32,000 bases of DNA from Nitratidesulfovibrio vulgaris str. Hildenborough. Its GTDB lineage: Bacteria > Desulfobacterota > Desulfovibrionia > Desulfovibrionales > Desulfovibrionaceae. A model generated the notes under the pieces. The model searched no databases. It was not told the origin of the DNA and was given only the letters and a program-made list of their open reading frames with translations. The translations under genes were made by a program, and so were the position numbers. Numbering within the stretch: position 1 is the stretch's first letter; each line of letters starts with the position of its first letter. Location: the NCBI RefSeq assembly GCF_000195755.1, contig NC_002937.3, positions 2,790,001-2,822,000 of the forward strand. The letters run 5' to 3'. This document shows positions 25,479 to 32,000 of this stretch, piece after piece.

Positions 25479-25490
25479 GCCGAGCCGGGC
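25460..25490 (-). other. 11-bp GC hairpin spanning the F stop codon; reads as a canonical terminator on the minus strand
   Basis: GCCCGGCTCGG-ACAGATAGG-CCGAGCCGGGC. It is preceded on the plus strand by AAAAAAGCA, which is a T-run after the stem on the minus strand. Confidence 0.4.
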
Positions 25491-25642
25491 AGATAGCAGA
25501 GAGACACAACACATACGCAGGGCGGTGGAGGGGCCTGCCACCCGCCGAAGCGGAAACCCCACAATGCGCTCCGGGCTATGCCCGTGCTACGGCCGGCAGA
25601 ATGTCACCGTGTCGCACCATCCCTGCAATGAGGAGACTAGCC

Positions 25643-26131
25643 ATGATAGAGATAGAGGTCAACACAGAGGCCATCGAAGAGGGGCTGCAACGTCTGGCCG
25701 CGTTGGGCCGCGACCTCACCCCCGTGGCCCGTGCCCTTGGCGGGGTCATGGCCGATGCCGCCGAACGCGCCTTCGCCGGGCAGTGCGACCCGGTCACAGG
25801 CGCGGCGTGGCATCCGCTCTCGCCGGTCACACTGGCCCGCCGTGCCAAGGGCGGGCACGACGGCCCCATCCTACAGGTGCGGGGCATCCTCGCTTCCAGC
25901 ATCCACACCGACTACGGGCGCGACCATGTGACCGTGGGCACCAACGAACCACATGCCCGTACCCACCAGTTCGGGGCCATGCGGGGCGCGCATGGCCGCA
26001 CACGCCGCGGCGGCCCCATCCCGTGGGGCAATATCCCAGCGCGGCCCTTCCTCGGCGTGGGGCCGGATGATGAAGAGGAGATTGAGGGCATTGTCAGGGC
26101 GGAAGTGCAAAAGGCGTTTTTTGGCGTGTAA
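25643..26131 (+). CDS. Virion morphogenesis protein (Mu G-like)
   Basis: 162 aa from ATG 25643 (GAGGAG 8 nt upstream). HARTHQFGAMRG...IPARPFLG is the gpG-family motif. Position after F. Confidence 0.8.
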   Translation: MIEIEVNTEAIEEGLQRLAALGRDLTPVARALGGVMADAAERAFAGQCDPVTGAAWHPLSPVTLARRAKGGHDGPILQVRGILASSIHTDYGRDHVTVGTNEPHARTHQFGAMRGAHGRTRRGGPIPWGNIPARPFLGVGPDDEEEIEGIVRAEVQKAFFGV

Positions 26132-26265
26132 GCCTCGGAAAGGCGGTTACCTGATGCGTGATTGGGGAAAGCTCCTTGCGTGAAAACTAACGCTGCGCTA
26201 ACGGGAATAAAACGGCTTCCTGATATTATGGCTTGCCGTAGAAATCTCCCGAGGAAGGTGAACAG

Positions 26266-26802
26266 ATGTCAGCGAAAGTCGTTCAAGAAAATCTTGGTGA
26301 TGCAGTTATTTCTGCTATAGTCCAATTTGCCAGAAAGGATATTAAGACTGTTGCTCAAATCGAGGACGTTCTTGATCATATATCTAATGCAAATAAGAGA
26401 TATGTAATTGCATTAGCAATTTATGGAGCTCGCTGGATATACAAACTTCAGCTGGTTACCTTGACTTCAAACGAAGAACAAATAGCCCATGTCAGGGCAC
26501 AAATATCAGAATACGGCTCTTCATGTGAAGCTATTCTTTTAAATATGGCATGTGATGATGGCTTTAAGTATTCAGGAATCCCAAAGTTTTACCATGTCAT
26601 TAGATATTGCAAATCCAAAAGAATAATAAATGCTAGTTTATCTAATAAGCTTCACACTCTGCGCATGTGGAGAAATGAAATCCACATGGAAATTCGGACT
26701 TCTCCAAAATATCTCGACTATTCAAAGCAAGCATATAGTATTTTGCAAGAGGTAATAATCCAGACAAGACGCTGGAAATCTGTGCCAATCAAAACCCTTT
26801 AG
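26266..26802 (+). CDS. AT-rich orphan protein (178 aa) inserted between G and I; function unknown
   Basis: GGAAGGTG SD 5 nt upstream of the ATG. About 38% GC in the first 60 nt by hand count, against GC-rich flanks. Helix-rich looking, with no TM or signal peptide. Contains LHTLRMWRNEIHME, a possible HEPN-like R-x-H element. Confidence 0.75.
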   Translation: MSAKVVQENLGDAVISAIVQFARKDIKTVAQIEDVLDHISNANKRYVIALAIYGARWIYKLQLVTLTSNEEQIAHVRAQISEYGSSCEAILLNMACDDGFKYSGIPKFYHVIRYCKSKRIINASLSNKLHTLRMWRNEIHMEIRTSPKYLDYSKQAYSILQEVIIQTRRWKSVPIKTL

Positions 26803-26805
26803 TAC

Positions 26806-26828
26806 CCACTGAACCCCTTCCATCTGTC
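26806..26828 (+). repeat. Conserved 23-nt box, copy B (CCACTGAACCCCTTCCATCTGTC)
   Basis: 21/23 identical to 18060-18082. It lies upstream of the protease/scaffold gene, the PI position in Mu. Confidence 0.85.
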
Positions 26829-26837
26829 TTCCCTCTC

Positions 26838-26860
26838 ATGCCCCCGTATACCGGGGGCAT
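26838..26860 (+). other. GC hairpin overlapping the start codon of gene I
   Basis: ATGCCCCCG-TATAC-CGGGGGCAT (9-bp stem). The right arm contains the GGGGG SD-like run and the AT of ATG 26859. No T-tract follows. Confidence 0.6.
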
Positions 26861-28019
26861 GTCGCATTTCAAGCCCTCGCGCACAGCGCATCATCCCACC
26901 GCCGCACTGACCGTGCCGGTCTGCCTTTCGCAAGAAGGGGCTGCCGGTCTGCCCGCCGGGCTGAACGTGCAACTCTTCCCCGAAGGCACGTTCGCCGCCC
27001 GTGATGGACGCCCCGCCACCATGACAGGTGGCGCCCTCGCCGCATGGCGCATGGACGCGGACATCGCCGCCGCCATCATCGCGGCGGTGGCCTCCCGCGA
27101 GACGCCGCTCGTCATCGACTATGAGCACCAGTCGCTGAACGCTCGTCAGAACGGCCAGCCCGCCCCGGCGGCCGGATGGGTCGAATCCGTGGCCTTCGTG
27201 CCCGGTCGCGGCCTGTTCGCCGCCGTGTCGTGGACGGAACGCGCCCGCGCCTACATCGAAGCGGGCGAATACCGCTTCATCTCCCCCGTCTTCACCTTCG
27301 ACGCCACCACCGGCGCGGTGCAGGCCCTTGCCAGCGCCGCCCTCACCAACACCCCGGCCCTCGACGGCATGGAGGCCGTCGCGGCTGTGGAAGACCCCAC
27401 AACACAGGAGACCGCAATGGACGAATTGCTGGAGCGCCTGCGCTGGATGCTGAACCTGCCCGTGACAGCCACGGCGGGCGAGGTCATCGCGCAACTGGAC
27501 AAACTGAAGGGGATGCTGGCCCCCGGTGCGGAGGGCGAAGCCGCCGCCACGGCCGACCCCGTGGACCTTGTGGCGCTGCTCACGGAACAGCGCGAGCAGA
27601 TAGCCACGCTGACCACGCAGACCACCACGCCCGACCCGGCACGCTTCGCGCCCGTGGCCGCACTCACCGCCCTGCAACAGAGCAACACGGCCTTGCAGGC
27701 CCGCGTGGCGGAACTGGAGGCCGGGCACGAACTGGCAGCCCTCACGGCGGAGATCGACGCCGCACTGGCCGACGGCCGCCTGAACAAGGCCGTGGAACCG
27801 TGGGCGCGCGAACTGGCCAAGACCGATGCCGCAGCCCTGCGCACCTACCTTGCCGCCGCCGTACCCGTGGCCGCGCTCACCCACATGCAGACCGGGGGCG
27901 TCACCCCGGCGGGGGCGCAGCCCGGCACGGCCGCCCTCACTGAAGAAGCCCGCTACGTCATCAACCAGTTGGGAATCACCCCCGAAGAATACCGCGCCGC
28001 CAACGGCGAGGAGGCATAG
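26859..28019 (+). CDS. Head protease / scaffold (Mu I-like)
   Basis: VQLFPEGTFAARDGRP...PLVIDYEHQSL...YRFISPVF is the Mu-like prophage I protease signature. The C-terminal half is Ala/Leu/Glu-rich and coiled (scaffold). Start is ATG 26859 or 26838. Confidence 0.85.
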   Translation: MSHFKPSRTAHHPTAALTVPVCLSQEGAAGLPAGLNVQLFPEGTFAARDGRPATMTGGALAAWRMDADIAAAIIAAVASRETPLVIDYEHQSLNARQNGQPAPAAGWVESVAFVPGRGLFAAVSWTERARAYIEAGEYRFISPVFTFDATTGAVQALASAALTNTPALDGMEAVAAVEDPTTQETAMDELLERLRWMLNLPVTATAGEVIAQLDKLKGMLAPGAEGEAAATADPVDLVALLTEQREQIATLTTQTTTPDPARFAPVAALTALQQSNTALQARVAELEAGHELAALTAEIDAALADGRLNKAVEPWARELAKTDAAALRTYLAAAVPVAALTHMQTGGVTPAGAQPGTAALTEEARYVINQLGITPEEYRAANGEEA

Positions 28020-28949
28020 ATGGCCATCGTCACCAACGCATTGCTCGCCACCATGCGCACCGGCTTCAACGCCGCGTTCCAGCGCGGCCAGAACCGCGCC
28101 GCGCCCATGTGGCCCACCGTGGCCACGCTGATACCCAGCACCGCCGCACAGAACACCTACGGCTGGCTTGGGCAGTTCCCCAAACTGCGCGAATGGGTGG
28201 GCGACCGTATGTTCCGCCACATGCAGGAACACGGCTATGCCATCACCAACAAGCTGTACGAGAGCACCGTGGGCGTGGCCCGTACCGCCATCGAGGACGA
28301 CTCCCTCGGCGTCTACACCCCGCTGTTCGAGGAGATGGGCTACGGCGCGTCCACCCACCCCGACGAACTGGTGTGGGGCCTGCTGAAGAACGGGCACGCC
28401 ACCAACTGCTTCGACGGCCAGTCCTTCTTCGACACCGACCACCCCGTGTACCCCGAAGTGGACGGCACCGGCAGCCCCGCCACGGTGAGCAACAACCTTG
28501 TGCCCTCCACCGACGCCGGAACCGCGTGGTTCCTGCTGGATGTCTCGCGCCCCCTGAAGCCCATCATCTTTCAGGAGCGCACCAAGCCGCAGTTGCAGGT
28601 CATCACCAACCCCGACAGCGAGCATGTCTTCATCAAGGACGAAATCCCCTACGGCGTGCGCTACCGCTGCAACGTGGGCTTCGGCTTCTGGCAGATGGCG
28701 GTGCGCAGCCAGCACGCGCTGGACGCCGCAGGCTTCGAGGCCGCGCTGCTGAAGCTTCAGACCATGAAGGCCGACGGCGGCCGCCCGCTGGGCCTCGGCA
28801 CCGGCGGCAAGGCGGGCCTGCTGCTGGTGGTGCCGCCCACGCTGAACGGCGCGGCCCGGCGCGTGGTGGGCGTCTCTGAACTGCCGGGCGGCGGCACCAA
28901 CCCGTGGTACGACGCGGCCACCGTGGTGGCCTCACCGTGGCTGGCCTAG
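28020..28949 (+). CDS. Major head subunit (Mu T-like)
   Basis: 309 aa. MAIVTNALLATMRTGFNAAFQ...YGWLGQFPKLREWVGDR is the characteristic gpT N-terminus. It immediately follows I. Confidence 0.88.
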   Translation: MAIVTNALLATMRTGFNAAFQRGQNRAAPMWPTVATLIPSTAAQNTYGWLGQFPKLREWVGDRMFRHMQEHGYAITNKLYESTVGVARTAIEDDSLGVYTPLFEEMGYGASTHPDELVWGLLKNGHATNCFDGQSFFDTDHPVYPEVDGTGSPATVSNNLVPSTDAGTAWFLLDVSRPLKPIIFQERTKPQLQVITNPDSEHVFIKDEIPYGVRYRCNVGFGFWQMAVRSQHALDAAGFEAALLKLQTMKADGGRPLGLGTGGKAGLLLVVPPTLNGAARRVVGVSELPGGGTNPWYDAATVVASPWLA

Positions 28950-28960
28950 GGGGTGATGCC

Positions 28961-29290
28961 ATGCGCTACAGCGTGACCACCGCCCCCGGCGTCGAACGCC
29001 GCTACCGTTCGGGCCTGTGCTTCACCGCACAGCCGCAGGACGTGGACGGCGCGGACATGGCCGAAGACCGCCTGCACGCCATACTGGCCGACCCGTATCT
29101 GACGTGCCAGCCCATGCCCGCCGCTGTGGATGCCCCCGAAGGCGACGCCACGCCGCAGGCCCCCGGCGCAGAGAACGCCCCGGCTGACGCGGAAGGCAGC
29201 GACACCCCGGAAGCTACGCCCGAAGCCCCGGCAGGCCCCCGCCGCACCTCCAAGAAGGGCAGCGAGGCCGCGAAGGAAGGTACGGACTGA
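28961..29290 (+). CDS. Small head-associated protein with a disordered acidic Pro/Ala/Glu tail
   Basis: 109 aa from ATG 28961 (AGGGGG SD). Structured N-terminal ~45 aa, then PAAVDAPEGDATPQAPGAENAPADAEGSDTPEATPEAPAG. Confidence 0.55.
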   Translation: MRYSVTTAPGVERRYRSGLCFTAQPQDVDGADMAEDRLHAILADPYLTCQPMPAAVDAPEGDATPQAPGAENAPADAEGSDTPEATPEAPAGPRRTSKKGSEAAKEGTD

Positions 29291-29721
29291 TGCCCGGCAC
29301 CACCTATGCCACGCCTGCCGACATGATAGCGGCCTTCGGTCTGGACGAGATGATAGCCGTCACCGACCGCACCGGCACGGGGCAGGTGGATGCCGCCGTC
29401 GCGCTGGAGGCTCTTGAACGGGCCTCCAGCGAGGCGGAAAGCTACCTTGCGGCTCGCTATCCGTTGCCGCTGGCCACCGTGCCGCAGGCGCTGGCCTACG
29501 CGGTGTGCGACATGGCCCGCTACCGCCTCACGGGCGGGGCCGCGCAAGAGACCGAGAGCATAGCCGAACGCCACAGGGCCGCCGTGGCATGGTTGCGCGA
29601 CGTGGCCGCAGGCCGGGCCGTGCTGCCCGGCGCACTGCCCCCCGCACAGGGCGGGGGTGGCGTGGCCATCGACGCCGGGCACCGCCACTGGATGGCAGCA
29701 CCTGAAGGGGGCGACGCATGA
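29290..29721 (+). CDS. Mu gp36-like protein (DUF1320; head-tail connector/adaptor)
   Basis: TYATPADMIAAFGLDEMIAVTDR...AESYLAARYPLPL...CDMARYRL is typical of DUF1320. TGATG overlap with the upstream gene. Confidence 0.75.
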   Translation: MPGTTYATPADMIAAFGLDEMIAVTDRTGTGQVDAAVALEALERASSEAESYLAARYPLPLATVPQALAYAVCDMARYRLTGGAAQETESIAERHRAAVAWLRDVAAGRAVLPGALPPAQGGGGVAIDAGHRHWMAAPEGGDA

Positions 29722-30347
29722 AGGCCAGCCCCATCGCCCGCATCGAAGACGCCATCATGCGCCGCCTAGGCGAAGCCAAGCTGCCGTACCTGCGCACCGT
29801 CGCCACCTATGGCGGCGAACTGGACGGAGAGGTGGCGCAGACCATACGCCGCTTCCCCGCCGTATGGGTGGCCTTTCAGGGTGAACGCGAAGCGGAACCC
29901 GTGGGCACCTCGCGCACGGTCTGGCATGTGCCCGCGACATGGGTGGTGCTGGTGGCCGCCCACAACCTGCGCAACGAGGCGGCCACCCGCAGGGGCGACG
30001 CCATGCACGTGGGCACCTACCAGATGCTTGAAGACGTGCGCGCCCTGTTGCTGGGGCAGGACTTCGAGGCGTGGGGCCTTGAGATGGACCCGCTACGCCC
30101 CGGCCGCGTCCGCAGCCTGTTCAACGGCAAGCTCCAGTCCCAAGGCGTCAGCATCTACGCGCAGGAATGGCACACCCGCTACGCCCTGCACCTTCCGCCC
30201 ACCGCCCTTGGTGGCGTCGCTGCCGAGACCGCCCCCGGCACGGTGCTGCCCCCGCTTTCCGGCGTGGGCCTGCGCTACCACCTGCAACCCGACGACGGCA
30301 CACCCGATGCCGTGGACCTTGTGACCCTGCAACAGGGGAGGATGTGA
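29718..30347 (+). CDS. Mu gp37-like protein (DUF1834)
   Basis: IEDAIMRRLGEAKLPYLRTVATYGGELD...FPAVWVAFQGE is a gp37-type N-terminus. Gene order supports the call. Confidence 0.7.
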   Translation: MKASPIARIEDAIMRRLGEAKLPYLRTVATYGGELDGEVAQTIRRFPAVWVAFQGEREAEPVGTSRTVWHVPATWVVLVAAHNLRNEAATRRGDAMHVGTYQMLEDVRALLLGQDFEAWGLEMDPLRPGRVRSLFNGKLQSQGVSIYAQEWHTRYALHLPPTALGGVAAETAPGTVLPPLSGVGLRYHLQPDDGTPDAVDLVTLQQGRM

Positions 30348-30349
30348 CC

Positions 30350-30535
30350 ATGTACGTCAAAGCCGCAGACGGCCTCCGGGTGCCCATGGAAGAGCACCCG
30401 CGCCGCTACATCGAAGAGACCCCGGTGCATGTGCCGGATACGGCCTACTACCGTCGCCGCATGGCGGACGGGGATTTGATCGCCTTACCCGAACCCGACA
30501 GCGTTAACGAGGAGGCCCGCCGTGGGAAGCGCTAA
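30350..30535 (+). CDS. Mu gp38-like small protein (DUF2635 type)
   Basis: 61 aa, MYVKAADGLRVPMEEHPRRYIEETPVHVPDTAYYRRRMADGDL. GGGGAGGA SD. It lies immediately before the sheath gene. Confidence 0.65.
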   Translation: MYVKAADGLRVPMEEHPRRYIEETPVHVPDTAYYRRRMADGDLIALPEPDSVNEEARRGKR

Positions 30536-31943
30536 CGTCTCGTTCGACACCGTGCCCGCGTCCGTCCGCAAGCCGGGCAAGTACCTTGAATTCAACACCC
30601 GCCTTGCCGTGCGCACCTTGCCCGCCAACGCCCAGCGGGTGCTCATCGTGGCGCAGGCCCTGCCCGGTGCCAGCCAGCCCGTGTTGCAGCCGGTGGACGT
30701 GTTCTCCGATGTGGAGGCCCGCGCCCTCTTCGGTGAAGGCAGCGTGGCGCACCTGATGGCCCGTGCCGCCATCGTGGCCAATCCCTACATCTCCCTCGCC
30801 GTCATGGGCGTGGCGGACGACGCGGCAGGCGTGGCCGCATCCGGCAGTGTGGCCGTGGGCGGCACCGCCGTGAGTTCGGGCGTGCTCTCCGTGCAGGTGG
30901 GCACGGCCATGGTGCGCGTGGCCGTGGCGAAGGACGATGCCGCAGCCGCCATAGCCACGGCCTTGGCCGCCGCCTTCGCCGCCACGCGCGACCTGCCCGT
31001 CACCGCCGGGGCACAGGCCGGGACGGTGACGCTGACCGCCCGCAACAAGGGCACGCTGGCCAACGCCATCCCGCTTGCTGCGCACAGCACCGCGCAGGGC
31101 ATCACGGTGACGCTGACCCCCATGAGCGGCGGGCAGGCCGACCCCGACATCAAGCCCGCGCTGGCCGCCGTCTACAATGCCGGGCATCACGTCATCATCA
31201 GCCCCTACGGTTCGCAAGAGGCCCTCACCGCCTTGCGCGACCATCTGGACGGCGTCTCGCACGCCATGGAACAGCGCGGGGCCGTGGGCGTGTACTCCAC
31301 CACCGGCACGCTGGCGCAGGGCACCACCCTCGCCGGGCAGGTGAACGCCGGGCGCATCACCGGCGGACTGTTGCCGGGCACGGCCAGTCTGCCGTGCGAA
31401 GTGGCCGCCGCTTACGGGGCCGTCATCGCCAGCGAAGAAGACCCGGCCCGCCCGCTGAACACCTTGCCGCTCAAGGGCATCGCCCCGCCCCCCGTCGCGG
31501 TGCGCCTTGGCCGCATGGAGCAGGAGACGGCCCTGCACAACGGCGTCACCCCGCTGGAAGTGGGGCCGGGCGACGTGGTGCAGATAGTGCGCGCCGTCAC
31601 CACCTACACCCGCGACCCGCAGGGCATTGAAGACGTGGCCCTGCTGGACCTGACCACCATCCGCACGCTGGACTATGTGCGCCGCGCCGTGCGCGACCGC
31701 ATCAGCCTGCGCTTCCCGCGCGAGAAGCTTTCGGAACGCACGCCCCCCAAGGTGCGTAGCGAGATTCTCGACGTGCTGCTGAAGCTTGAAGAACTGGAAG
31801 TGGTGGAGGCGGTGCAGGCCAACCTTCCCGCACTCATCGTGGAACGCGATGGCCAAGACCCCAACCGGCTGAACGCCAAGATACCGGTCGACGTGGTGAA
31901 CGGGCTGCATGTGTTTGCGGGCCGCATCGACCTGCTTCTATAA
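30522..31943 (+). CDS. Contractile tail sheath protein (Mu L-like)
   Basis: 473 aa. GTG start with GAGGAGG 6 nt upstream. N-terminus SFDTVPASVRKPGKYLEFN and C-terminus VNGLHVFAGRIDLLL are typical of sheath proteins. Gene order supports the call. Confidence 0.85.
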   Translation: MGSANVSFDTVPASVRKPGKYLEFNTRLAVRTLPANAQRVLIVAQALPGASQPVLQPVDVFSDVEARALFGEGSVAHLMARAAIVANPYISLAVMGVADDAAGVAASGSVAVGGTAVSSGVLSVQVGTAMVRVAVAKDDAAAAIATALAAAFAATRDLPVTAGAQAGTVTLTARNKGTLANAIPLAAHSTAQGITVTLTPMSGGQADPDIKPALAAVYNAGHHVIISPYGSQEALTALRDHLDGVSHAMEQRGAVGVYSTTGTLAQGTTLAGQVNAGRITGGLLPGTASLPCEVAAAYGAVIASEEDPARPLNTLPLKGIAPPPVAVRLGRMEQETALHNGVTPLEVGPGDVVQIVRAVTTYTRDPQGIEDVALLDLTTIRTLDYVRRAVRDRISLRFPREKLSERTPPKVRSEILDVLLKLEELEVVEAVQANLPALIVERDGQDPNRLNAKIPVDVVNGLHVFAGRIDLLL

Positions 31944-32000
31944 TAATCGCCCCCTTGCCATGTGTAGCTTTTTGCGTATCTTATAGTCACTTTTACAAAC

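Larger units (their letters stand above)
9300..32000 (+). mobile_element. Mu-like transposable prophage, left end and ~22.7 kb (continues beyond the window)
   Basis: Sharp GC drop at ~9300. Canonical Mu order: repressor (minus strand) / Ner-like / MuA / MuB / early small genes / GemA / Mor / lysis / gp27 / terminase / portal / F / G / I / T / gp36 / gp37 / gp38 / sheath. The exact left terminus is not determined (9300-9340). Confidence 0.93.

Noticed and set aside
26680-26705. Treating RMWRNEIH as proof of a HEPN RNase
   Set aside because: The spacing only loosely fits Rx4-6H, and RNEIH itself is Rx3H. A single short motif in a helix-rich protein can arise by chance. It is kept only as a hypothesis to test by structure prediction, not as an annotation.

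Overview
This is a high-GC deltaproteobacterial chromosome segment. No homology searches were run, so all calls rest on motifs I recognise, start-codon and SD inspection, gene order and hand-read repeats or hairpins. The 148-aa flavodoxin at 4035-4481 matches, from memory, the Desulfovibrio vulgaris (Hildenborough) flavodoxin, so the window is very likely D. vulgaris or a close relative.

Host part (1 to ~9300): 3' part of an RluA-type pseudouridine synthase, a PAS/GAF hybrid histidine kinase-response regulator, flavodoxin, a DedA membrane protein, an LctP-family lactate permease and a YcgR-like PilZ protein. Two long gene-free gaps carry unusual repeat and terminator structures.

Prophage part (~9300 to the window end): the left ~22.7 kb of a Mu-like transposable prophage, which continues past 32000. 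Gene order is canonical:
- S24/LexA-type repressor (minus strand), divergent operator region and Ner-like HTH
- MuA-like DDE transposase and MuB-like AAA+ ATPase
- small early genes, GemA/gp16 and Mor
- lysis cassette: holin-like protein, signal-peptide SLT endolysin and overlapping spanins
- gp27-like small terminase, large terminase, portal, F, G, protease/scaffold I and major head T
- gp36/gp37/gp38-like connectors and the tail sheath

The backbone is interrupted by three lower-GC accessory inserts:
- A 79-aa ORF bracketed by two copies of a ~66-nt structured repeat with compensatory stem changes.
- A secreted 112-aa protein after mor.
- An AT-rich 178-aa orphan between G and I, the slot where Mu-like Pseudomonas phages carry anti-CRISPR/moron cargo.

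The G/I orphan is the best candidate for an undescribed defence or anti-defence function. A conserved 23-nt box plus GC hairpin recurs exactly where Mu has its Plys and PI late promoters.
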